This document shows, one piece after another, positions 25,937 through 39,081 of a DNA stretch of 64,000 nucleotides. Made by a program: the position numbers and the translations under genes. Every line of letters starts with the position of its first letter. The first letter of the stretch is position 1. The stretch covers positions 15,934,001-15,998,000 of the forward strand of contig OX597816.1 of NCBI GenBank assembly GCA_951406725.2, read 5' to 3'. Below the pieces are notes generated by a model. The model was given only the letters and a program-made list of their open reading frames with translations. It did no database searches and had not been told where the DNA came from. Origin of the DNA: Octopus vulgaris (taxonomy: Eukaryota).

Positions 25937-27791
25937 TTAATCATAAAATTACAACAGTATTTTTTGAACATCAAATAACTGTGAGTGTCTACCTGGGCAA
26001 AATAAGAATCAAAGAGGCCTCAGGTAAAAATTGATTGAGAACCATTGATCTAGGTGAAGGAGCTATGTACTTGACCTTTGCAGTCTTCTAGGATTGACAA
26101 AGACAGTGTTATTAACATTCCTTTTGCAGAGGTACAAGTCAACAGCTACAGGTAAATGTGTACAGGAAAGGAATTTCTTAGAAGTGGGATGTTCTGGGGC
26201 CTTAGTCTAATGTATATATGTGTGCATATGAGAGTATTGTGATTTTAACACTATATTTATAAACAGATTTTTTTTTTTTTCAGACAAAACCACCTTTCAA
26301 TAAAGTATATATAATAGAGTAGGCGTAGAAGTGGCTGTGTGGTAAGTAGCTAACTTACCAACCACATGGTTCCGGGTTCAGTCCCACTGTGTGACACCTT
26401 GGGCAGGTGTCTTCTACAATAGCTTCGGGCCAATCAAAGCCTTGTGAGTGGATTTGGTAGACAGAAACTGAAAGAAGCCTGTCATATATATAAATATATA
26501 TATTTCTACAGCTGGATGCCCTTCCTAACGCCAACCACCCACTACACTCACGGAGTGGTTGGCATGTTAGGAAGGGCATCCAGCTGTAGAAACATTGCCA
26601 AATTTAGACTGGAGCCTGGTGCAGCCTTCTGGCTTCCCAGAACCCCGGTCGAACCGTCCAACCCATGCTAGCATGGAGAACGGACGTTAAACGACGATGA
26701 TGATGATGATGATATATATAGAAACATTGCCAATCAGACTGGGCCTGGTGCAGCCTTCTGGCTTCCCAGACCCCAGTTGAACCGTCCAACCCATTCTAAC
26801 ATGGAAAGCAGATGCTAAACGATGATGATATATATGTATGTGTGTGTATATGTTTGTGCGTCTGTGTTTGTCCACTCAACATCGCTTGATAACCGATGCT
26901 GGTGTGTTTACGTCTCCATAACTTAGTGGTTTGGCAAAAGACACAGATTGAATAAGTACTAGGCTTACAAAGAATAAGTCCTGGGGTCGATTTGCTCAAC
27001 TAAAAAAAGGCAGTGCTCCAGCATGGCCGCAAGTCAAATGACTGAAACAAGCAAAAGAGTAAAAAAGAGAGAGTAAAGAGTATATGTATGTAGTATGATA
27101 TACTGAAGTGTAATTTTAATTCAATGCTGCTTCACTCCTGTTCACCAGGTAAAAAGATTAGATGTAATAAACATTGTAATTTGTGCGTGAGTGGGTTGGC
27201 TAGGTGGACACAACCCAGATGAAGGGAAGTGAGGAGTTGAGTGTATCAGGAATGTCCAAGTCAACATGAAATGAAACTAGTGAGATTCAAGACGTAGGGG
27301 TCACTACAGCCGTGTCAGTAAAAGGGGACAGCATATTTGTGGGTTGAAGGTCAAAGTGTAATGTAAAAGTGAGCAACTAAATGCCAGTCAGTCAAATGTG
27401 CGTTGTAGTTGGGAGTAAAAATAAGGATAATTAAATTGTTGAAAACGTCCATTTATAGGGAGTAAATTAGGGAGTGAGATGGCAGAATTGGTAAAGCATT
27501 GGCTTCATTGCATTATAGCATATATTTCTTATCATTTGAGTACAGACACTGTTGAGGGTGCTGGGGTGGGGACACAATATTACTCTCTTTTACTTGTTTC
27601 AGACATTTGACTGTGGCCATGCTGGAGCACCACCTTTAGTCGAGCACATTGACCCCAGGACTTATTCTTTGTAAGCCTAGTACTTATTCTATCGGTTGCT
27701 TTTGCCGAACCACTAAGTTACGGGGATGTAAACACACCAGCATTGATTGTCATGTGATGTTGGGAGGACAAACAGAGACACACAAACACAA

Positions 27792-27822
<31 letters not shown>

Positions 27823-30800
27823 CACGACGGGCTTCTTTCAGTTTCCATCTACCAAATCCATTCACAAGGCTTTGGTTGGCTGAAGGCTATAGTAGAAGAC
27901 ACTTTCCCAAGGTGCCACGCAGTGGGACTGAACCCGGAACCATGTGGTTCGTAAGCAAGCTACTTACCACACAGCCACTCCTACACTTGTTGTGCATTAA
28001 CTTTTACCAGTGTTATTCTAAATATTTCAGTGTGTTCTTCGTCCTTAGATTAATTGTTCTCTTGGTGTTTACGATCTATTATAAATCATCTTGAATCTTG
28101 ATGGATGACTGTCATAAACAATTTTCTATAGAGGCAGAGCAATGCTTAATTCATGTGAGGAGGTATATGGTAAAAGCAGAAAACAAATTTTATATCTTCA
28201 TCATTGTGGCTGTGGTAAGAAGTATCTTCCCAACCACTTGGTCCTGGGTTCAATCCCACTGCATGTCACTTTGAACAAATGTCTTTTACTATAGCCTCTG
28301 GCTTGCAAAAGCCTTGTGAGTGGATTTGGCAGATGGAAATTAAAAGAAACCTGTTGTGTGCATGTGTGTCCCACTACTCCTTGACAACCGGTGTTGGTGT
28401 GTTTATGTCCCTGTAACTTCTCAATTTGGCAAAAGAGACTGATAGAATAAGTACCAGGTTTAAAAAAAGAAGTGTTAGGGTCGATTCATTCAATTAAAAT
28501 TTTTTCAAGGTGGCACTCCAGCATGGCCTCAGTTGAAACAAGTCACAGATAACAGTTCATCATCATCATTTAACATCCACTTTTCCATGCTGGTATGGGT
28601 CAGATGGAATTCATTGAGTCAGGTTTTCTAGTCTGGATGTCTTTCCTGTTGCTAACCATCACCTGTTCCTAATAAGGTATTTTCTCCCATCACCCACCAT
28701 GGCTGGACATATTTCTCTCAGGAGATTGGGAAAGAACAACACCACTTGTATGACGGTGATGCTTGTTTACAACTGTTGTACAATGTCAAGGACAAGGACA
28801 CACACACACTGGGTTTTCTTTCAGTTTCTGCTTACCAAATCCACTTGCAAGGTGCTGATCAGGTCAGTCTGGAGCTGTAAAAGAAGAAACTATCCAAAGG
28901 TGCCACACAGTGGGACTGAACCCAAAGCCACGTCATTGGGAATCAAGCTTCTTAACCAAATACCCATACCTAGTTCTTTAAAACATAATCATTTTGGTTG
29001 GAGGAGAGCTGTGGTCACAGGTATGAAATGAAAGAACAATCTTACACCATACAGACAAACAAATAGTAATACTAGAAATAGAAGTCAAATGACACTACAT
29101 TGCCTTAAATGGAAGGACACAGAATAATCCTTTCTACAATAAGCACAAGGGCTGAAATTTTTGGAGAAGGGGTTAAGTCAATTATATCAACCCTTGTGCG
29201 CAACTGGTATCTATTTGCATTATCTATTTTTTGCAAGATTGGTACTTATTCTGTTGGTTACTTTGGCCAGACTGTTAAGTTATAGATACACATACATAGA
29301 TACACAGGTGCAGGAGTGGCTGTGTGGTAAGTAGCTTGCTTACCAATAACATGGTTCCTCGTTCAGTCCCACTGCGTGGCACCTTGGGCAAGTGTCTTCT
29401 GCTATAGCCCCGGGCTGACCAATGCCTTGTGAGTGGATTTGGTAGACGGAAACTGAAAGAAGCCTGTTGTATATGTGTATATATGTGTATGTGTGTGTCT
29501 GTGTTTGTCCCCCTAGCATTGCTTGACAACCGATGCTGGTGTGTTTATGTCCCCGTCACTTAGCGGTTTCGGCAAAAGAGACCGATAGAATAAGTACTAG
29601 GCTTACAAAGAATAAGTCCCAGGGTCGATTTGCTTGACTAAAGGCTGTGCTCCAGCATGGCCGCAGTCAAATGACTGAAACAAGTAAAAGAGTAAAAGAG
29701 TATACATATATTTTTACACACAAACATAGAAATAAAATTGCAGTCTTCCCTGCTTTTCCCCATTGATAAATTAGTAGCAATGCTCAGTCAACACTCAAGC
29801 AATGCCACACACACACACACACACAAACTGTGTTGTGATTGACAAGCAAGCAGAGTATATTTGCTTGTAATTTTTTTGCTTTTCTTATGAAGGACAGACA
29901 ATCTAGATTCACTTTAGCAATGATGATTGATGGTGATTGATGATTGAAGAACAGTAGTTAAATGGCAGTCAATAACTGTATCTGCTAAATTTTCAAAAAA
30001 AAAACTAGGTCAACCAGGATGTGAGTGACATCTCCTCCCCTTACATGTGATCATATGTGTCAGGTCAACAGTTCATGCGATCATATGATCACATGAACAT
30101 TTGACCTGACCTAGCTTTTAGTAGTTTCTCATTAACATATGTGTCTAGACAATTAGCATAACACTTCTTTTTTCTCTATTTCTTCTTTCTATTTTTTTCT
30201 TTTCTCTTTTACTTGTTTCAGTCATTAGAGTGTGGCCATGCTGGAGCCCAGCCTTGGATGGTTTAGTCCAGTGGTTACTCTTTTACTTGTTTCAGTCATT
30301 TGACTGCAGCCATGCTGGAGCACTGCCTTTAGTCAAGCAAATCGACCGCAGAACTTATTCGTTGGAAGCCTAGTACTTATTCTATCGGTCTCTTTTGCCA
30401 AACCGCTAAGTTAGAGGGACATAAATGCACCAGCATTGGTTGTCAAGCAATGTTAGGTGGGGGGTGGGGTCACACACACATATATGATGGGCTTCTTTCA
30501 GTTTCTGTCTACCAAATCGACTCACAATGCTTTGGTCAGCCTGAAGCTATAGTAGAAGACACTTGCCCAAGGTGCCATGCAGTTTGACTGAACCCAGAAC
30601 CATGTGGTTGGTAAGCAAGCTACTTACCACCTAGCCAATCCTGCACCTATATATATTTATTTTTAAACAAGTATCCCATTGACAGTCATTTTTGAAGTTT
30701 CAGCCTGCTAAACCATCTTCCAACAAGGGCTTAGCTGGCCAAAACTTCAAAGTTACAGTCAACAACATTCTTATTAACAAATAAGAAATTTGTACTCTAC

Positions 30801-31243
30801 AAAAGTACTGAGTTACCCATCAAATTAATGTAATATTGTTTTCATTACAATTGAACATAAAATCAAACCTTAATAAATATATATATATACATGTGTGTGT
30901 ATGTATGTATGTATGTATGTATGTATGTATGTATATGTATGTGTATATATATGTATGAGAGAGAGAGATAGTATTGCATGGGTGAGATAGATAAAAGAAA
31001 AGAAATAAAGAAAGAAGTATTATTTTGTTCTTGACACATTTACATTAAGATAATCAGAAACTAAGAGATGCAGCAGGTCAAAAGTTCATGTTATCTTATG
31101 CAAATGGTGGGTTTGTATGGAGATGTCACCTGTGTCCCAGATGACCTAGTTTTTTTTATATATAATTCAGCAGATATAATTATTGCCTTCCCATCAACCT
31201 TCAGTCTTCAATCATTAATCAATCATCATCACCATGCCATTAA

Positions 31244-31705
31244 CCCTTTCGTTACCGTATTTCTGTTGAGATGCTCCGTGTTTCTTTCAATTGATTTTTA
31301 AATATAAAGAATTTAGTAAAATATCTTCATTATCATTAAGCCATTATCATTAAGTGTTAGGAACGTAATTGCGACGAAGACTTGGAAGATTTTAATTCAA
31401 AACTTATGAAAACAAGACTTTTGTGCTACAGAGCCAGAGGTGGTTTCGGCTGGTTTGGTATCAAAAGGGTTAAAAATAATGGTGGCTTCTTTTGTTACCA
31501 TATTTCTGTTGAGATGCTCCATGTTTCTTTCAATTGATTTTTAAATATAAAGAATTTAATAAAATAACTTCGTTATCATTAAGCTACTGTTAGGAACATA
31601 TATTGTGACTAAGGTTTGGTGGAAGATTTTAATTCAAAACTTAGGAAAACAAAAAAATTGTACTCAGAGCCAGAACTGGTTTCAGTTGGGTTTTTAACAA
31701 AAGGG
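31244..31705. mobile_element. Two tandem piggyBac-like MITE copies
   Basis: TTAA-CCCTTTCGTTACC ... GGTATCAAAAGGG-TTAA (31244-31469); the second copy ends GGG-TTAA at 31705. Confidence 0.75.
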
Positions 31706-31745
31706 TTAATAAAACGAAACCTTATATATATATATATATATATAT

Positions 31746-32187
31746 AAATATTAAATTTCTAAATATCTCAGAGAGATATAAGCAATGGTGGAATGATAGA
31801 GCAGTTGTATACTGTTAACTTAATGCGACAGTCCCATAAAGGGAATCACACCACCGCTATTTAGCCCTAGGAGGCATCAACGCTTCCTGTCAGCCTTGAC
31901 ACATTTCCTGTGTTCTTATGTTTACAAAGGGGAGACAAGCACCCCATCCGGCTAAGCCTGCATCCAGAGACATGTTTCTGGGTCTTTGCTCGTCATCAGT
32001 CTGGGTAGCATGGCCTGCTAGCTGAAGATACCTGTCTACACTTTGTAAACATCTATAATTTCAGTGAAGTAAATTCACTGATCACCAAAAATAGAAATAT
32101 TAAATTTCTAAATATCTCAGAGAGATATAAGCAGTGGTGGAGCGATAGAGCAATTGTATACTGTCAACTTAACGTGACAGTCCCATA
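31746..32187 (-). mobile_element. Retrozyme/Penelope-LTR-like element: 349-bp unit, about 1.26 tandem copies
   Basis: 31746-31838 is repeated at 32095-32187 (offset 349); contains a hammerhead motif. Confidence 0.65.
31964..32004 (-). ncRNA. Minimal type I hammerhead ribozyme motif (stem II decayed)
   Basis: On -: CCAGA-CTGATGA-CGAGCAAAGACCCA-GAAA-CATG-TC-TCTGG; stem I CCAGA/TCTGG, full catalytic core, GUC cleavage triplet, palindromic ACATGT stem III. Confidence 0.65.
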
Positions 32188-32589
32188 CACACACACACAC
32201 ACAAGTTATTCAAAGAAAGATTGACTATCAGTAATCATAGCATACATTCTCCCATTTTGACCCAGACTGGTCAGATTGGGGTTACTTGATACCCAACCTT
32301 AATGTCTGCTGGAAAAAAAACAAAAGTTCCCCACTAAAACTGGTGTTCTAATCCAAAGTGAACCCCGCTAAATTAGACACAAGAACCAGTGATGGTGTTG
32401 GTGTATCTTCTTGAGCTTGATCATTACAACATGACAACTTCGCTTTGTAAAACCATCTCCTTCAGAGTTTACACTAAAGAGAAAAAGGGGAGACATGTGG
32501 AATAAAACGTTACTGAAGAGGTCACAAGATGTGTAACAAAAGAACTTAGACAAAGGACACTAAAAGAATAAAAAGGCTAATAAAAATAA

Positions 32590-33373
32590 AATAATAATGA
32601 AATTATAGTATACAGTGCTCAGGTGCACCACAACTTGTCAAAAGTGCATATAAAGCATATGCAGTAATGTACAAATCTCTGGAATGTGAACAGTGTATGA
32701 GACAGATGAATGCTTGTGTGTGTATGTAGGGAAGAAAATCAGGTGTAGTGTTGGCGAATCTCAGGAAGCATGGAAGTTTTGAAGGATGCAGTGCTCCAAC
32801 AACTAACAACTGATGCCGGCAGTTTGTTCCATGCTTCAGCAACTCTTAGCGTGAAAAAATGTTTCCGCAAGCCATGGGAGCTGTACTGTTTTCTGACTTT
32901 GTAAACATGTCCACGGGTGTTAGACAGGTGGAGTTTGAAAAGGTGCTCAGAGTTATTTAGCTTCTTTATACATTATTACCTGTCCCAGGGCACCAAGTGA
33001 ATAATGTATGAGTCAGATACATGCTTGCGTGTGTATGGAGTGGAGAAAATCAGGTGTAGTGTTGGCAAGCTCAGGAAGCATGGAAGTTTCGAAGGATGCA
33101 GTGCTCCGACAACTAACAACTGATGCCGGCAGTTTGTTCCATGCTTCAGCAACTCTTAGCGTGAAAAAATGTTTCCGGAAGTCATGGGAGCTGTGCTGTT
33201 TTCTTACTTTGTAAACATGTCCACGGGTGTTAGACAGGTGGAGTTTGAAAAGGTGCTCAGAGTTATTGTTAGTAAGATGGTTAATAATTTTATGGGTGTC
33301 TACCAAGTCAGCTGCCAGACGTCGGAGTTTCAATGTAGGGAAGTAAGGCGTTCAGAATATGGCAAATGCCTGA
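32590..33373 (-). mobile_element. CR1-like LINE 3' end, dimeric variant
   Basis: ORF 33013-33333 is the RT C-terminus; the 3' portion is duplicated across a unique linker at 32958-32996. Confidence 0.85.
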
Positions 33374-33777
33374 TAATAATAATAAAGCTGAAGCAAAAAT
33401 CAAACATACAGTTCCTGAGCTTTATTGGCAAATATGCCCATTTCCAAATTACACAACAAAATTGTTATAGTTGTTAATAAATACGTTTTTAATTTACAAT
33501 GGTGTTTATATCTCAGTTATTTTACAAAAACTTATATAATTTATTTCATAAACATGATTTACAGTTTTTCAGTTTAAAATCAGCAGTCAAATATTAGTTG
33601 AAAGAAAATACCATTTTGAGACAAATGACCTCCCCACCCTCCACTATTTCCTTCTTCACTGATGGCTTGTCCTGTAGCCATCACACCTCACCAAGACAGT
33701 GATAACACGGTGTACCTCTCGTTATTCCACTTTTGGTGATGGACCCTTCTAAATAAAGGAGAATGATGATAAATACT

Positions 33778-33826
33778 TCATTCTTTTTCTTCAAAATCCA
33801 TTAATCTTTGGGCTTGACATTTTCTT
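33778..33826 (-). CDS. Unidentified coiled-coil-like protein, terminal coding exon (8 of 8)
   Basis: Acceptor ctaac-tttatttattttccag| (branch point plus pyrimidine tract); phase 2 gives (R)RKCQAQRLMDFEEKE*; AATAAA downstream on - at about 33545 and 33426. Confidence 0.65.
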
Positions 33827-33869
33827 CTGGAAAATAAATAAAGTTAGATATTAGAAATATACAGCTGAG

Positions 33870-33910
<41 letters not shown>

Positions 33911-34151
33911 CCATGGATTTTTGTAGTTTTCATCACTGTTTGCAATTATCTGTAAAAAAAATTTTAATGTAACATATAGATGTAATTTTTGACGCTAAGT
34001 CCAAATTTGTTAGTAATTTATTCCAGAAAAATTTTGCAAAAAGTGTCACAAAGTTTGATCATTTTCAGAATTTTCAGCCAATCAGAAAAAAGTGCATTTG
34101 CTGCTTCTTCCATCACCAGGGGGCAGAAACATCAGCATGTCGAAACTTTAA

Positions 34152-34348
34152 CCCTTTTGATACCAACCCGGCTGAAACCACCTCTGGTTCTGTAGTACAA
34201 ATGTCTTGTTTTCAAAAGTTTTGAATTAAAATCTTCGACCAAACCTTAGTTACTATTTATGTCTCTAACACTAGCTGAATTCTTTGTTATATCTAAAATA
34301 ATTGAGAGAAACACTGAGCATCTTAAAATAAATACAGTAACGAAAGGG
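34152..34348. mobile_element. piggyBac-like MITE
   Basis: TTAA-CCC...GGG-TTAA. Confidence 0.75.
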
Positions 34349-34967
34349 TTAAAGAAAAATTGTTGAGTGTGAGTTCCATCTGTTATAGAACAAGTGGTGG
34401 TTAGACTCCTTGTGTACCACCGTACAGCCACCTGGGATGAAATGTGTTCCTATTTTTTAAGATGGTAGGAAGGGAAAAGCATTTAGCTGTAGAAATCAAG
34501 TGAATGCAGACACTGGTGCAAATAGATCCTGTCAAACTGTACAACCCATACCAGCTTGGAAGATGGACGTTAAATGATAGTGATGGTAGTGGTGCTGGCG
34601 GTGGTGATAGAGAATAAGTTATAAAATATTTGGCTGCTATTTCTAGCAGATCGAATGACAATATCTGAAGCTTCCCCATCTTCACTAGTTTGCTGGTAAA
34701 CATGTAGAGGCTTAAATTTCACATACTTTCATTGCCATTCATGACCTCATCAATGATAAGGCCTCTCTGCTCCTGCCAGAGAATAGGATTTTGATAAAAT
34801 TAGCTGATCCATTCCTTGACAGGATGGTTGAGCAATCAATCAATTAGTTAATTGCTTAAATGGTTAACCAGCTGACTATTATTGGTTTCAAATTTTAGCA
34901 CAAAGCCAGCAGGTCATAGGGAAGGACTAAGTCAATTATGTCGACCCCAGTACTCAACTGGTACCTT

Positions 34968-35511
34968 GCCCAGGATATTAATTGTCTGGAAACCGTTCAG
35001 TGACATGCAACCAAGAGAATACACTCCATCAGACATTTGCCATATTCTGAACGCCTTACTTCCCTGGGCATGGATATATTGAAACTCCGACGTCTGGCAG
35101 CTGACTTGGCAGCCACCCATAAAATTATTAACCATCTTACAAACAATAACTCTGAGCACCTTTTCAAACTCCATCTGTCTAACACCCGTGGACGTGTTTA
35201 CAAAGTCAGAAAACAGCACAGCTCCCATGACTTTCAGAAACATTTTTTCATGCTAAGAGTTGCTGAAGCATGGAACAAACTGCCAGCATCAGTTGTTAGT
35301 TGTTGGAGCACTGCATCCTTCAAAACTTTCATGCTTCCTGAGATTCACCAACACTACACCTGATTTTCTCCCCACCATACACACACAAGCATGTATCTGA
35401 CTCATACACTGTTCATTTCTCAGACATTTGTACATTACTGCATATGCTTTATACACACTTTTGACAAGTTGTGGTGCACCTGAGCACTGTATACAATAAT
35501 TTCATTATTAT
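34968..35511 (+). mobile_element. 5'-truncated CR1-like LINE
   Basis: ORF 35037-35363 (PYSERLTSLG..LKLRRLAADL...) plus 3' UTR and ATT tail. Confidence 0.85.
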
Positions 35512-37555
35512 TTTAAAACGATGAAAAGCAAAGTTGACCCCAGCAGAATTTGAACTCAGATTATGAAGACATGAAATGCTGCTAAACATTTTGTCTGGCA
35601 TACTGATGATTCTGTCTGCTTTCCACCTTCCCAACTGACTAATATTAATCCTGTCTACTATAGGCACAAGGCCTGAAATTTTTGGGGAGGGGACTAGTCG
35701 ATTACATCGACCCCAGTGTCTCACTGGTACTTGTTTTACTGACCCCAAAAGGATGAAAGGTAAAGTCGACCTCGGCGGAATTTGAACTCAGAATGTAGCA
35801 GTGTGCGAAATACTGCTAAGCATTTCGTCCAGCATGCTAACGATTCTGCCAGCTCGCCGCCATAAAAAACCGACTAATATTAATAAAAGAAGCAAAATAA
35901 AATGAGTGTGTGTGTGAGAGTCTAGTGCTGGCATAATGACCCTCCCAAGAGACAACAAAATCTGTTTCAACATGTCTTCACATCAAGAATCTTACAAACC
36001 AAATACAAAAACCGAAATTTACTAGTTTCACCTGAGAGAATATATTATCTATTATTGATTACTTTTCTGGTGATATGAGAATCGGTTAGAAAGCTGTTCA
36101 CACAAAGATGGCTTGCATTAATTCTGCAGACTGAATTTCAGTGAATATTTCTCCTGGAATCTTAACAGACGAATTGTTAGATTCTCAGAGTAAGATAAGA
36201 ATTAAAGATAAAAAAAAAATAATAAAAAAAGTCAGAGATTATTTACTGTGATGTAACAATATAATTTGGAGGAAATGTTTATTGTACTGCTGAACATTGC
36301 TATCGATTTCTTTTCTTTCATCTTTGTATAGGATATTTGTGTTTATTTTGGGCTAAATAATAGACACCTTGTGACAGTGTGTATATGATGTGTGTGTGGG
36401 TGTGGCAGAAACGTTAGCACGCCGGGCGAAATGCGTAGCCGTATTTCGTATGTCGTTACGTTCCGGGTTCAAATTCCGCCGAGGTCGACTTTGCCTTTCA
36501 TCCTTTCGGGGTCGATAAATTAAGTGCCAGTTACACACTGGGGTCGATGTAATCGACTTAATCCCTTTGTCTGTCCTTGTTTGTCCCCTCTGTGTTTAGC
36601 CCCTGTGGGTAGTAAAGAAATATATTTGTATCATCATCATCATCATCATCATCGTTTAATGTCTGCTTTCCATGCTAGCATGGGTTGGACGATTTGACTG
36701 AGGTCTGGTGAACTAGATGGCTGCACCAAGCTCCAATCTGATCTGGCAGAGTTTCTACAGCTGGATGCCCTTCCTAACGCCAACCACTCCGAGAGTGTAG
36801 TGGGTGCTTCTACATACCACCAGCACAAATATGTATATATACATATTTACACACATATATCAGTTTAATATATGTTATGAAAGACCTGTTAATAGTTTCA
36901 TGCTTTTGCGATACTTTAAGTAGGTAGAATTTTAAAATATGCCATGGGACATCAAGCAATCTTTCTCACACACACACACACACACGCACACATATGGTGC
37001 AGGCATGGCTGTGTGGTAAGCTGGATTCAATCCCACTGAATGGCACCTTGGGCAAGTGTCTTCTACTATGATCCTAGGTTGACCAAGGCTTTGTGAGCGA
37101 ATTTGATAGATGGAAACTGAAAGAATCCCATTGTGTGTGGGGTAGTGTCTCCTTGCTTTAGCATCATGTGATAGTTGTAAATGAGGGTCACCAAAGTGCA
37201 GGCTGCATCTTTCATTTCTAATACACTGTGAGGTTATGTCCGGTTATGGGGAAAATATTACCTTAATTGGAAACCGGTGAAGGTTAGCAACAGGAAGGGC
37301 ATCCAAGCATCTACCTTAACAAATTCTACCTAACTCATTCAAGCATGGAAAAGTGGATGCTGAAATGATGATGAGGATGATATATATGTACAGGCATGTT
37401 TATGTGGTGAAGGAGCTGTCTTTGCAACCATGTGCTTTCAGGTTCAAACCCACTGTGTAGCACCTTGGGAAAGTGTCTTCCACTACAGCATCAAGCTGAT
37501 CATGCCTTGTGAGTGAATTTGGTTGACGGAAACTGTGTGGAAGCCTATCATGTTT

Positions 37556-37617
<62 letters not shown>

Positions 37618-37959
37618 ATGTATGTACATATATATATGTATGTGTGTATGTATGTATATATATATATGAAAGAAGGTTTGAAAATGTAATTTTAAAGATG
37701 TTTATTCACTTGATCAGTTTCACTTTTTTAGAAAAAGATTGTTAAAAAGTAAAATGTAAAGCTTTGTATAATCCTTGTGTTAAGTACTCAATATATAAAT
37801 ACTTATATATATAATAAGAAAATGTTAAAAACATTTTCTCAATATTTCCACTCGTGTGGTACCTTACAACTTCACTTTATTATATATATGCACATAAATA
37901 TACTTTCTTTTTAATGGCCTGAGTTTGATTCCTGCAATGAGAATGCTTATACCTAAGTA

Positions 37960-38019
<60 letters not shown>

Positions 38020-38086
38020 TAAAAATGGGAAGACAACAAAAGAAAGAAAGAGACCTCAATATTATGTAAATAGAGGAATTTATCTG

Positions 38087-38241
38087 TAAAATAATATGTT
38101 ATAATTACTCAATAGCCAAGATAAAACTCTGAGTTTCGGATGCCGAGATGGCCAGATAACTGAAGAGATGGTGGTGTGGATTTCCACCTCAGCATCCAAA
38201 ACTCCGAGTTTTATCTTGGCTACTGAATAATTGTCACATAT

Positions 38242-38248
<7 letters not shown>
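38087..38248 (+). mobile_element. Penelope-like remnant: hammerhead motif plus inverted partial copy
   Basis: GCCAGATAA-CTGAAGA-GATG...CATCC-AAAA-CTCCGAG-TT-TTATCTTGGC at 38151-38220; the inverted arm at 38087-38150 keeps CATCCGAAAC. Confidence 0.55.
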
Positions 38249-38285
<37 letters not shown>

Positions 38286-39081
38286 GATATATATGTGTGT
38301 GTCTTTGTGTTTGCTCCCTGATTGTTTGACAACCAGTGTTGGTTTGTTTATGTCCTTATAACTTAGTGGTTCAGCAAAAGAGACCAATAAAACAAATACC
38401 AGACTTTAAAAGAAACAAACATAAAAATAAAAACTTCCAAGTTGGAACCTCAGTATGGCTGCAGTCCAATGACTGAAGCAAGATAACAGTATAAAAGATA
38501 TCTATATTCACACACACACACGTCCGATATTTTCTTTAAAGATTACAGATTAATTTTGTGGCTACTGTTATTATTTGGCTGTACATTGTTATATTAAAGC
38601 TAGAGACTAAACTCTTAAGTCACTTGTGCAGTGGTATTAATATAGAAAGAAGTTATTAAACTGGATGGTCACCAATACAAAATGCTTGAAGTACAGCTGC
38701 ATAATCAGTTATAATTTCACAGATTGTGCATCTGCCAACTTCTGTTACTTAATTCAACACCAAATATATTTATATATTTCCTTGTTCTTTCCTTTTCAAG
38801 AACTTTATACAGACTTGTTATTATTAGCCATCTTCCGTATGTTCTGCCAAAGCAAACTTAACAGGGTAGAGGACAAGAAAAACTAAAAGCTTTAGTGTAA
38901 TTTTACTTATGCAATTTTACCAGGTGTGCTCTGCTTTAGTTTTTCCCCGGAGCTATACTTAACATCATCGTTGTCATCATTTTCATGTCCATCTTTGTGT
39001 GTTTGCATGGATTAGATAGAATTCATTGAGGCAAATTTTCTACAATTATATCCCCATGACCAGACATTTTTTTATAGAATT

